64,000 bases of DNA from Sphaerodactylus townsendi. Lineage: Eukaryota. The position numbers were made by a program, and so were the translations under genes. The notes under the pieces were generated by a model that made no database searches, was not told the origin of the DNA, and was given only the letters and a program-made list of their open reading frames with translations. Below, piece after piece: positions 26,471-38,908 of the stretch. The stretch is from the NCBI RefSeq assembly GCF_021028975.2, contig NC_059427.1, positions 56,544,001 through 56,608,000 on the forward strand, in the 5' to 3' direction. How positions within the stretch are numbered: the stretch's first letter is position 1; every line of letters starts with the position of its first letter.

Positions 26471-26726
26471 TATTGTCGAAGGCTTTCACGGCCGGAATCA
26501 CTTGGGTGCTGTGTGGTTTCTGGGCTGTATGGCCGTGTTCTAGCAGCATTCTCTCCTGACGTTTCGCCTGCATCTTGATAATTTGATCTTGATGGCTCAC
26601 AACACATCCTTACACTTAATAATCTTTTCTAGATCCATTAGATGCCAGTCACAGATGCAGGCGAAACGTCAGGAGAGAATGCTGCTAGAACACGGCCATA
26701 CAGCCTGGAAACCACACAGCACCCAA
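26471..26726. mobile_element. Penelope-like element, inverted arms, embedded in a (TTG/TTA)n microsatellite
   Basis: Arms at ~26501-26575 and ~26653-26726 are near-perfect reverse complements; TTATTATTGTTGTTG tracts on both sides. Confidence 0.85.
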
Positions 26727-28908
26727 AACATTATTATTGTTGTTGTTGTTATTATTATTGTTGTTGTTGTTGTTTATTACATTTGTGCACCGCCCTCCCC
26801 CGAAGGGCTCATGTTGAGTGTAATACAGTCACAGTTCATTGCTACTTTATCAAGCCAGCAACAGGAAAACTTTATTTACAAATAGACTACAAATTGATCA
26901 CAGTCTTTCACTGATGCACATGAAACTAATACCGAACAGCTATGTTAGGGAAATTATGAAGTGATTAAGAGTTAGACTGATGATTAAGCAGACCATGGTG
27001 ATCCAGCATCTATTATTGCTCATAGGTAATGTGCCCTAATTAATCCTGTATAAGATTATTCCTGACCAGTATGGCTGGAAATACAATTTTTCAGCCACTT
27101 CTGAGATTTAAATGAGGCACAGGACTAGGAGTGGTTCAAGAAGTAATTGCTTAACCTATGGACAGGACCTTCTAGGAGATAGCAAGTTAGCAGAATATTC
27201 TCTGACATTTATACAAACTTCCAAATAGTTGCCTGGCTTGCCTAATAGTAACTTGAATAGTCTGATCTTGCGGGGGGTGGGGGGTGGGGGTGGGGTTGGT
27301 AGTTATGGACCATCTTCACCTTGCCATAAACTAAAGAGGAGATGGATCTGACAGCATGGGTGTCTAATCCTCCAAACCTTTATGGCATGTTAGCAATTCT
27401 TCAAACAGGAAATTTAAAAAACTATTTAAAAATTCAGCCACTCCCCCACACCACCAGGATTTTAAAGTTTTGTTTAAATCAGTGTGAATGCAAAGTGTAC
27501 ATGCTCTCAAAGTACTATGCCATAGCCATCCAAACAATTTCTCAATTGTGACACGTTAAATATACACCATGTAGCATTTCAGAAATCTTTGAATAATTTA
27601 TCCCAAAGTTTGTTACTTATAGAGGTGCAGGACCACTGACAACCCAACTGGTGTTTCCCAATTATTATATATTTGATGTTCAGAGTGTAATATTCAAATG
27701 AGGCAGTTTAGATGACTATCCATAAAGGTTTTGTGTGTGATGTGACATTTCATTTAGACAAAATGTGACTCAAAATGTGAGGGTCCTTAACAGACCTTTT
27801 GGTTTGTATATGGTTATACTGTATATATTCACTTGCCTTTAAAAATTTCTAAAAATAAAACGAACATAAAAAAACAATTAAAACATAATAAAATGTATGC
27901 AAATCATCATTATTTAATGATAGATTCAATAAAATAAGCAGTTGCTCAAATCAAAACACTAAAATATGCTGTTGTAACACAATATGGTTTTTAGATCATA
28001 AGCCCTAACAGTACAGAAATGGGTCTATTTTTTGATCCACTTTAGCGGCTACTGTGTTGGGCTTGTAAATGCACATGGATTTTCATATGTTACCACTTGG
28101 AGTTTTGAAACTCTCCATCTCACAGTAGTTGCCAGCTTGCTCTCTACAAAACTTCTGGAAAACCATTACACTTGTCCTTGTCCTTTTATCCACAAGTCAC
28201 TTCAACAGTGAACTAAAGCACAACACTGGCCCTACAAATCTGGTTACATGTGTCAAAATGAAAGACATGGAGTGTCCATTGGAAGGGACAAACATAACAG
28301 CAATGTCAGTCTAGGCAGAGGCCTAAATGCCACATTTGTAAGTAAGCATGAAACGTTTCCTTGTTTTTTTGAAAAGGGAAATCAGTGAATTTCATGACTG
28401 CTCTAAGTTGGATAAGGGTATGAGGAAATATCCTTTTTTGCTTTTTCCAAATCAGTGGAACTGTACAACAACATTCCCATACATCATAAAAAAACAAGAA
28501 CACTGAAAAGCAAACATGACTCAAATATAAAGCTGCATCTGTGACTGTACAACATTAAAAAGTCTATTTCACTCACTTATTTAAATCTGTCAGAAATCAC
28601 TCTCATATTTATATAAATATGGAATAACTACAATATCGCAGTTTCTTGATATATTCCTGATACAAGCACTATTGTCTTGCCCATTTGCAACTGAGAACAA
28701 GATTGTATGTGGTCCTGGTGGTACACATATTTCTAGAAATGTGCCTTATGGTCAGCACTGCTTTTACATCAAGGTTGAATCATAAGGCAAACATTTGAAG
28801 ATGGCAGTGGGCACTTAAAACATCAGAGCAAAGTGGTAGTCTTTCTAGCAGAGCAATTGCACAGCGTCCCACACTGGGAGGGGGATGCCAGCTGGTGGAG
28901 GTGACAGG

Positions 28909-30099
28909 CAGAGACATAGGTATAGATTTTTATGGGAGGGGTTAGGGGGGGCCACCCACCTCTAGGGCATGGCCACACCTCCCCAAGCCCTGCCCCTGGC
29001 CTAGCATTTATAAAAGCAGCTCTCCGAGGTCAGGGATGGCAGACTCCCTTGCCCTGCCCTCCCCTGCCCCTCCCCTCTGGGCAGAGGCATAGAGGGAAAA
29101 TGGAGCCTGGTGCAAAATCTGAGTTTTGCGTGGGCAGCCGCCAGCCATGATAAAGGGAATTCACCCCCAAACAGCATCACGTTCAATGGTGTTTAAACTA
29201 GAGAGCCCAAATTCTCCTTTTAAATCCACCTGGGGTTCCTAGTTAAACAACATTGAAAGTGATGCTGTTTTGGGGTGGATTATCCCCCACCCTGAACCAG
29301 CATCACTTTAAATGTGGCGTAGTGGTTAAGAGCAGGTGCATTCTAATCTGGAAGAACCGGGTTTGATTCCCTGCTCTGCCACTTGAGCTGTGGAGGCTTA
29401 TCTGGGGAATTGAGATTAGCCTGTGCACTCCGACACACGCCAGCTGGGTGACCTTGAGCTAGTCACAGCTTTTCGGAGCTCTCTCAGCCCTACTCACCTC
29501 ACAGGGTGTTTGCTGTGAGGGAGCAAGGGCAAGGAGATTATAAGCCCCTTTGAGTCTCCTACAGGAGAGAAAGGGGGGATATAAATCCAAACTCTTCTTC
29601 TTCTTCTAAACTGAGGACCTCAGATTCTCCCTTTAAATCCATGCCGAAGGGGGTGGATTTAAAAGGAGAATCTGGGGAAATTTTGGGGGTGCCTGCTGTC
29701 AGGGGTGCAATTGTTAAGCTAGAAGCACCAAACGTTCAGGGTATCTTTAGGAGTCTCTCCTAAGGATACCACCCAGGTTTGGTGAAGTTTTTCAGGATGT
29801 CCAAAGTTATGGACCCTCAAAGATGTAGCCTTCATCTTCTATTAGCTCCCATTGGAAACAATGGAGGATGGGGCACCCCCTTTGGGAGTCCATAACTTTG
29901 GACCCCCAGAACCAAACATCACCAAACCCGGGTAATATCATCAGGAGAGTCCCTCAAACAGTCCCTGAAAGTTTGGTGCTGCTAGCCCAAACAATGCACC
30001 CCCTGCAGGCCAAAAACCAAAAAAGCACTAAAATGTTTTAAAAACCCACAAGCGGAGGGGCGGAGCTTCGGACATGAACCCCCCTTACATTTGTCCATG
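28909..30099. mobile_element. Non-autonomous hAT-like element with a nested SINE
   Basis: 8-bp TSD GTGACAGG (28901-28908, 30100-30107); imperfect CAG/CATG termini; internal repeated ATTCTCCYTTAAATCC and CATAACTTTGGAC motifs. Confidence 0.7.
29315..29607 (+). mobile_element. Young tRNA-derived SINE (Squam3-like)
   Basis: A box TGGCGTAGTGG, B box GGTTTGATTCC, (CTT)n tail. Confidence 0.85.
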
Positions 30100-33000
30100 G
30101 TGACAGGAAATGGTGGTGGACAATAGTTGAAAGTCAAAATGCAAACTGCAGTGCATTTTTGAAAGGACATACATTGCGAAAACTGGGTACTTCACTCTAA
30201 TTTAGAGTTGGTCAGGTGAGAATAAAGGGGGTGTAGAGATCCCATTCTTGACTTTTGCCAAGATTCCAGATTCATTAAGTCAACTTCATCAGAAGTTGCC
30301 ATCAGAGGCAACTTAAGAGGCTTATAAACCATATATGAGTGTCCTACACTGCAATCCTATGCAGAGTTACTCCAATCTGATCACTAAACTCAATGGACTT
30401 AAGTGCAGTAACTATGAATAGGATTGCATTGACATGTTACACCACTCCCTGACTCTCCTCAATCGTTACCAACTGGAATACCACCTTGATATTTACCCTG
30501 GATCTGCCTGAATCCATTATTGGTTTCCCCATTTCAATTTTGGGATGCATGGGGAAACTCAGGTACAAATGACAGTATTTGGTTAAGTCAGACACTCCTT
30601 TTGATATAGCATTATCCTTAGCCAAAAGAAACCTGGGGCAAATCCCTACTCAGTCATAAAGTCCACTTAATAAATTTGAGCCAATCACTATCACTTAACT
30701 CAGAGAGCTGTGGTGAGATGATAAAATATATATATATTCAGGGCCCATATATGCTACCCTGAGTTTCTTGGAAGGGCGATAGAATAAACAAGAAGAAAGG
30801 ACAGAAACATGGTTTACAAGTGCATCCAAACATAAGACTCACTCCTTGTCATACTGGGTTCAAAAAGCAATTCTAACCAGATTGCTTGTCTCAAGCAGAT
30901 TAAGCATATAAAAATTCAGTAGCTACTTTCATGGCATAAATTAATTCCCATATGACCTGGTGACCCAAGGTATCATATGTCACATGGCATATACAACACA
31001 GCATCTAAGGCTACCCAGTTGAAATCCCAGGATAGAAAAGTTTTCATATCCTCATGCTACCATAGGTTAGAATGAAAATAATGTCAACTGGTGCATTTGA
31101 GTAAAGTACAAAAATTTAGTGAGGGAAAATAAGTTGTTTAAAATATTAAACTTTAATTTTTAAAAAATTCAGTTAATGCCTCACAACAGGGCTTTTTGCC
31201 ACCATTATAATGATTTTTAAAAGCACATTTATAATAGAATTTATTATTAGCATAAAAAGTGAGAAGCTGATTTTATTCCAAGTGTACCAGAGAAGACAGT
31301 ATTAGTACACAAAGTGAAAAGTGTATTTTAAGCCAAGTGTGACAGTTGCCAAATGGTTAAGTTATCAGTTCTGTTTAACAGTAAACAGTTTTACAAGCTG
31401 AGATGTCCAACAGAACACTTTCTACTTTAAAACCCCAGGATGAATTAGTTACTTGACTTTTAGCAAAGCATTGTTGGGTGAACGCATGTGTATGCACCTC
31501 TCCATGTACATGCAAAAATCATGAAACCATTTTGCTGCACTTAGAAGTCTGGTTTTGTACTTGGAATGACATTTCTTCTAAATATCAGATATGCAAAGAA
31601 ATAGTGAAGTTTTAAAAGAAAACCAAGAGCCCTCAGGCTTGCAAGTTATCACAGTACAGTAGTCTTTGTCAGGAACATACAGTGATCATATTGTTCTCAC
31701 TTTCTGAAATACAAGTGTGAAAGTGTGTAGTCAATTTTAACTTATTGCTGTTATGGATTTTTTTTTCAAAATTGTACGTCATGAGGAGAGCTCTATAGGC
31801 TAGAGATGCAGGACCTAAATAACTAGAAATAACAGCTAGTCTTGAGTGAAAAGGTTATTTCAGCATCAAAGACATTTGGGAATTTCTTTTTTAAAAAGAA
31901 TGGGATACTCCAAGAAAAAGCAGTGTAAATGTAAATATATCCTGCTTGAAAAATAATAGGCATAGTACCCCCCCCCCTTTTGAAATGGCAGAAGGAAGGC
32001 CTTGATTTTATCTGTAGCTCCAATCTAGATATTGGCAAGCAGGATAAATATTTGTAGCTTGAGCAATTCTGGATGAGTCAGACAGAATCTTTTAAGAAAC
32101 AGATCCCAGGCAGCTAGGATGCAAAAGCTGTTTATTTCATTTGTGCTTCTAACTTCACAGGATGAATGAAATATGCTATTGCCCCCACCCTTGGATAAAT
32201 TTACCAGTCAAATTTTACAGTCCGTACATGTAGATACCTATGAAAATATATCACTGTAATGAACAAGCTCGTTTCCTTATAGTTAGGACATTCCAAAAGG
32301 CCACAGAGAGGTTTACATTAAATAAGTTGGTTATGTCAGACATAATACCAAGATATGAAAATGAATGTTGAGAGTTATCGTTTGACTGAAAAACTTGCTT
32401 TGAATTGAGCACTAGGAGGTTCAATTTCTCATTTTTGGCTCAACCGCAATCCAGCCTTTCTCATCCCTGATATTGATTGGAATAACACCATGATATGAAA
32501 ACAGAGGCCATCATATTGTAATCCACCAAAGTGCATACTTTGGGGACTGGTACATGCGTGTGTTGTCATATGGAAAGTATGATAATAATCTGGTAGCATA
32601 TCAGACTTCAGCAGCACTTTGGACATTATTATCGGGAAAGAAACAAGAGAGTTTACTGATGGATGTGGCAAACTAATGATGAAAAACTTATGTGGAAGCT
32701 TCCTGTACTCTGTTCTGGAGTTCTCCAGCACCTCAAGAATGAAGAGGACAACATATTCTCTTACTGGATGCTATTTTTTTTCTGAGACAGCAATTGGGGA
32801 AGGAACGGCTGTCCAAAAAGCAACAGCAGATACATACAGGTTTAAGGATTTTGAAATCAGAGACCACGGATCAAAGACATGGCCAAATTAGGCTAACTTT
32901 TCAGAAGTTACAGAAATTAAATTATTTTTGTGCAATCTGTGACCCATCAAACTGATTGCAATCATCTTTGTTTGGTCTTGCAAGGTGCCTGGTAGGCCCG

Positions 33001-33407
33001 CTCTATTTTTCCCTTAGTCTTAGGCAAATAGCAAAAAAAGGATGTTTATTGAGCCATTAACAAGCTGCCATATATAGTTAGTTGGCTATATTTGATTTGG
33101 TGGGTCAAAAATTATGCAAGTCTGAACTAACAGGACATCTGTATGCGGTATCTGAATTTGCTTTAGACAGCTTTATAACAGGATGCTCATACTGGATTTA
33201 GACTGTTTTAGAGTCTGTGTTTCCAACACCAGACATTAAAATGTGGATGATACAATCACAACTTTAACACAAAATAAAACAATTTGTTTCTGAAAAAAAA
33301 AGGTGGACAGGGATTTATGATTCATTAATTCTATTCTACTCGTCTATTCTACTTTAGTGCTAGATGGCAGGGATTACTTTGTAGTGGGGTGAACAGAGGT
33401 TACTTAC

Positions 33408-33491
33408 ATTAACTTCAGTTATAGCAATATCAACGACGCTACCAACAACAATTAAGGCATCAAAAGTGTTCCATGCATCAGTGAAATAGTG
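33408..33491 (-). CDS. CACNA1D: CACNA1D exon 31 variant B (84 nt, mutually exclusive IVS3): [28 protein letters not shown]
   Basis: ctaacag|CAC ... GTT AAT|gtaagt. Confidence 0.96.
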
Positions 33492-33787
33492 CTGTTAGGA
33501 CAAGCATTCAGTAGCATGAGAAAACAGAAACAAAAAAGAAAGAGAAGAAAAGGGACAGTGTTATAACACAGAAACACATTCTAAGCACCTTTCCACCTCA
33601 AGTCTGAGAAAATGGAAAACGAAAAACAACCAGCTGTGTTCCCAAAGCAATGTAACCTCACTATGACTGGCCTGTACACACAGTTGAGAAACATATCACA
33701 TTCTGTGACTTGTCCAGATAACAGAAATAAGTAAAGAGACAGAGAAAGAGAAGTGGGACTATGGGAGTGTGGCAGGGGTATACTCAC

Positions 33788-33871
33788 ATCAGCTTCACTG
33801 AGAACGATGTCTACTATGCTGCCAAGAACGACGAGGGAGTCAAACGAGTTCCAGGCATCACTAAAATAGCC
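33788..33871 (-). CDS. CACNA1D: CACNA1D exon 31 variant A (84 nt, IVS3): [28 protein letters not shown]
   Basis: gttcag|GGC ... GCT GAT|gtgagt. Confidence 0.96.
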
Positions 33872-34313
33872 CTGAACAGAGCAGGCAGGGGTGCAAACGT
33901 TTGTGATTACACATGAAATGTCAAAGCAGTCGCATACTTCTGTTTAGTTCTTTCATAAACAGAAATTACTTCAAAACAAAAATTAGTGGTGTAATGAGAA
34001 GACACGGCAACCCAACAATATGGAAATACTGAAAGAAAGGCTCACGTGGGTTATGATTTTATTACCATGTGCCAGCAAGAACCTGAGAAGAGTAATGGCA
34101 ATGGCAGCCTGAGTAGATTCGGCTGGGAGAAGTCTACAATCTGAGACCCAGAGTAGTGTAGTAGTTAAAGTGTCAGACTAGGATCTGGGAGACCCAGTCA
34201 TACTCTGTTATCGTAACCTACCTCACCGGGTTGTTGTGAGGATAAAATGAAGGGGAGGAGAAAGCTATAAGCCATTTTGGCCCCCAAAGGAGAGAAAGGT
34301 GGGTATGAATAAG

Positions 34314-35742
34314 TGCTGGGAGACTTCAACATCCATGTTGATTCGACCTCTTCTGTGGCAGCCGCTGATGTAGTGTAATCCATGGTGATGCTAGGCCTCT
34401 CACTCATGAACAGCAGAAGCCCCACACACCAACAAGGCCACACTCTGGACCTGATCTTTGATGATACTGGAGTGCGAGGGTCAGCCTTAGATTGGCTGCC
34501 CTCCTTTCTCCGAGACCGGCAATTGCAGGTGGCATTGGGGGGGAAAGAATTCCAGGCATCATCCTATTGATTGTGGGGTGCTGCAGGGGGCGATTCTCTC
34601 CCCAATGCTTTTTAACATCTACATGCACCCCCTGGCAGGGTTGGTCCGGAGTTTTGAGCTGCGGTGTCACCAATATGCTGATGACACCCAGCTCGTGTTC
34701 ACGATGGAGGGCCACCTGTCTTTGGCCCCTGGTGCTCTCCAGCATTGTTTAGAGGCTGTTGCCGGTTAGTTGAGAGCAAGTTGGCTGAAGCTGAATCCAG
34801 CAGACAGAGGTCCTGTGGTTGGGCAAGGTAGAGAGGTTGGTGGACTTTTGCCTGCCTATGCTGGATGGCGAGGCCTTACATCTAGCCCCAACTGTCCATA
34901 GTTTGGGAGTGATTCTGGACCCGGTGTTATCACTGGAAGCCCAGGTCACCCAGTCAGCCTGAGTGGCTTTCTACCATGTGTGGCAGGCATGGCAACTGGC
35001 CCCATATCTCTCCCGTTCTGATCTAGCCACAGTGATCCATGCAACGGTCACCTCCAGGTTGGATTACTGTAACTTGCTGTACACTGGCCTACCCTGAGTG
35101 TGATCTGCAAGCTTAAACTCGTGCAGAACGCGGCAGCCAGGCTCCTTACTGGAGCATCCAGCTGGGACCGGATTACGCCAGTCCTGTACCATCTTCACTG
35201 GCTGCCTATTGAGTTCAAGATCATGTTCAAGGTTTTGGTCTTGATCTTTAAGACCATGAGCCATCTTGAACCTGCATGCCTGAGGGACTGTTTCTCCCCA
35301 TATTGCCCCTCCAGGGCCCTCCGCTCTTAGGAGGAGTACCTATTGGAGTTCCCCAGCCCCAGAAACATCCGGCTGGCCTCTATGAGGGGCAGGGCTTTTA
35401 CTGCCTTGGCCCCCATGGTGGAACAGGCTCTCTAGGGAGGTTAGGGCCCTGTGAGACCTGCAGGAATTTCGCAGGGCCTGTAAGACAACCATGTTCCATT
35501 AAGCATTTCCACCTGGCAAGCTGGGAAGATAAATAAGATCACCTCAGCTTTACTATGGGTACAGAGGGGAGGGGGTGGGTTCTGTTGCCATCTGCTTTAC
35601 TGATTGGAATGTTTTTACTGGTTTTATATGATTTTATGCTGTTTTAAAATGTTGTACGCTGCCCTGAGCCCTTCGGGGGAGGGCGGGTTATAAATTTAAA
35701 GAATGAATGAATGAATAAATAAATAAATGAGTGAAATAAATA
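34314..35742 (+). mobile_element. L2-clade LINE remnant (internally deleted, frameshifted)
   Basis: APE endonuclease motifs (LGDFNIH, PTHQQGHTLDLIF) joined to RT motifs (QGAILSP, QYADDTQL) and a C-terminal LVQNAAARLL..ITPVLYHLHWLP; (TGAA/TAAA)n tail. Confidence 0.9.
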
Positions 35743-36800
35743 AACAAGTGCTGTTTTAATGGGGAAGTTGTGAATCTACAAGTTAGAGTGGTTCTGATGA
35801 TGCCCAAAGCTATGAGAAAAGTAAGATAACCCTTGCCATTTTTAAGACAAGGGTCTAGGGAAGCCAGTTCGGTGGAGCAGTTGGAGTGTTAGACTAGGAT
35901 TGCAGAGTCTCAGGTTCAAACCCTACTCAGCTATTAAGCTTAAACAGTGACATTGAGCCTAACCTCACAAAGTTGTTGAGTAGGCTGTCATGAGCTCGGT
36001 AGAAGAAAGGTGGAACAAAAATCGAAGAGTAACACCTAAACGTATTTCTCTTTTTGTGAGATCTCAAATCCTCTTAAAATATAGACGTTTCAACATCTCA
36101 AAAGGACAGAGACCACTAGCTTTGCCAGATGTTTCCACAGTGAGGTTTTAAAAGTAAACATTATTTTTGAAAATCCACTCATTCATCAGAATTTCTGAAG
36201 GACAGAGGATCATATTGTTCTTTCCAAGAATAGTTTGTCCATGAAGAGAAGAGTCAGAAAAGCTCCTCTTCATTTTTACCCTCCCGTCCTTCATGAGTAC
36301 ATAAGAAGATCTTCTGCAGTACATAAATGTTTATATGTTTTAAAATGTATTACAAAATGGTGAACTAAATCCATATGAACTAGCTAGGAATAAGAAACAA
36401 ATACCCACGAAGAACTCCTGATGGATGCAACTCTCCTTTACCACAGTAAAGGCCACTGAACCAAACTGACACTGTGCTGAAATGGTATTCCTGTCTTTGG
36501 AAGTGGAAGTACTTCTAGAGAATATAGTCATATGGGATAATGACAGAGTGTAGAATCCTCAAAGGATGTCACATTATGAATCCTTACCGTAAGCCTTTTC
36601 TATCAGTATGTACAAATATTGTTCTCAGTAATGTGTAAAGCCAAAGCAAGCAAAAGTAAACAACAACACTAATTAAGAGGAAATAAATATAATTCTGGAA
36701 AAGGGAAAAAATGTAAAATATGGACAAGTCACAGCAAGTAAACTGCAGCGCACACTTCACAGCCTTCATCACTGCAACAACCCAAAAGCAATCAACTTAC

Positions 36801-36830
36801 TAGCATTCTTTTCTTTTTTGCCACACAAAT
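36801..36830 (-). CDS. CACNA1D: CACNA1D cassette microexon 30a (30 nt): ICVAKKKRML, IVS2-S3 loop insert
   Basis: tttgtgtcag|ATT TGT GTG GCA AAA AAG AAA AGA ATG CTA|gtaagt; phase 0-0, consensus splice sites; resembles the 10-aa insert recalled from chicken Cav1.3. Confidence 0.82.
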
Positions 36831-37917
36831 CTGACACAAAATGGCAAGGGAAATTAATTCTGTAGTTATTTTGATACAAGTCTATTTGATGCTTTAGGTG
36901 ACAGTAAAGTATGCTAAGCAGATGTTGGCACAGTTAACGCCTATATAAATAATGGCATGCACAGAACAAAAAATATTTGAGTTGGCTCCGACCAGCTTTT
37001 CTGCTTAACTTCACCTCATCCTTCCCCCCAACCCCAAAAGCTGCAGGTCCTGTTTTGGGCTGCTTTTGTCTACATGGGGTTTACAATCTTCTGCCATGTC
37101 ACGGAATGTGCACAACAGAAAGGCCCAAGAGGACATTTTTATAAAGGGATTAAAACCACAATATAATCGACAACTCAGCACACTACTTCTATATGAGACA
37201 GTCTTATAGCCTATTGTACTCTTTATTGTATATACCACCTCCCCTTATGGTATACAGTTTGTGTTGCCTTAAACAGATTTTGGTTTGCATTGTTTTCCAG
37301 TTCCTATGGCATTGTTTATGGGAAACCATTAATCTTAATGCAATCCTAAGAACATTTTCCTGGGAGTACGATCCACTGAAAAAATTTCAGCAGGATTCCA
37401 AGTAGACCTGTTTCAGATTGAATTGGAACCGCTTTCCATATTTTGTAATATGCCTTGAGTCTCAATGAGAAATAATAATAACCCTTGGCATAGGCCTTTT
37501 GTGAGTGTTCAAGGGTACCCACTTATCTCTTTTGCTAATAGAGAAGCTCGTAGGATCCAACACATTGTCTATAAACTATTGACCATAAACATTTATTCTG
37601 TGAAATGTTTATCTAAACCATTCGTTTTATAAATGTGCATGCAATTTTTAAAAGATGCACATAACTTTCAAATACTGTTTTCTTACTATGAAATTTCTCA
37701 ACACCCACTTAGAAATCTTATGTTCATGGCCATGATCTGCAAACTGAAGCCCTTTCTGGGGAAACACGGAATCAACTTGCTTGCGTGGTTCAGAGATTCA
37801 CACAGGCACTGTACAAACAACTATACCCCTTTTCAGGGAAAGATGAGAATGTGGTCATGCATGCTGCAGTGGAATTGCAGCAGAGCACAACCGCATTGAA
37901 AAATAGGGCGGATTATT

Positions 37918-38908
37918 TAAAGATTAAAGAAGCTTACTTACACATTGGCATCGCCAAAACTGTTATCCTTTGCAATGGTAAACATAGGCCATTTCCGCAC
38001 TGAGAAATTAAATCTAGATAAACCAGGTTTCAAAAGAATTGGCACCTTTTCATCGAGGTTTCACCCTGCCCACTGCAGCGTGTGTGTAATGAGGACGTCC
38101 ATGTCTTTCATGCTTTCAAATAGTGCAGCAATCCCCACAATCACATGATCGAATGTGCGATTTGCTCAGTGGCTCTTTCTTCCTTGTCCTGATTGGCTAT
38201 TACACTGTGTTGGGGTGGGAATTTTTTTAATAGACTTTTTTTTAGCGCAGCTACACATGCGTAGATAGGACGGTAGCTGTTTTTCATGCTAAGCTATGTT
38301 TATGTGCGGCTTCAGTATTCTTTACCCATGCAGCTGTGCTGGCACAAAAGTGTCATTTTAGTGAACGGTTGGCACAGAAATCACGTTCCATGCAGCCATG
38401 TTTCCACGTAGCCTCTGCTAGAGCGAAACAAAAAAAAGAGCTGCGCGAATCACACGCAGCCCATTGTGCTTTGATTGGCTAGAAGGCTCCGCATCACTGC
38501 CAACAGCGGGAAATTAAATCTAGATTCAAACCCTGATCCTCCCCACCAATCTGCGTGTTTTTTTCAAATGATGCGATCAGGCGTAGAGGGAGTGCCAGAA
38601 CCAGGATGAATTCGTGTTCGGCGATCAGGCAGTGGGGAGTTCTTGCTGAAACCTGGTTATTTTGCGAGAGTATCACACGATTAATTGACTGTGGGGAATT
38701 GACCATAGCAACACTTTCACTTTCTACAGTTGCACCTGCCATTTTGTTTTCCTGCTGCAGCCCACAAAATGGTGAGTGCAACTGTGGAAAGTGAAAGTTT
38801 TGCCATATTGCCATCCAGAGCACTCTTTTATCAAACCACTATGTTTACCATTGCAAAGGATAACAGTTTTGGCGATGCCAATGTGGAAGTAAGCTTCTTT
38901 AATCTTTA
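37918..38908. mobile_element. Foldback MITE with ~70-bp TIRs (TA-flanked), interrupted by a Harbinger-like element
   Basis: 37918-37987 is the reverse complement of 38839-38908 with about 1 mismatch; second internal hairpin at ~38708-38802. Confidence 0.8.
37987..38704. mobile_element. Harbinger-like non-autonomous element
   Basis: TIR GGCCATTTCCGCAC / GTGGGGAATTGACC; 3-bp TSD ATA (37984-37986, 38705-38707). Confidence 0.72.

Noticed and set aside
34382-35536. Reverse transcriptase-like ORFs as an active element or novel RT system
   Set aside because: A fragmented, frameshifted, internally deleted L2 LINE. The same applies to the CR1 fragment at 61530-62500.
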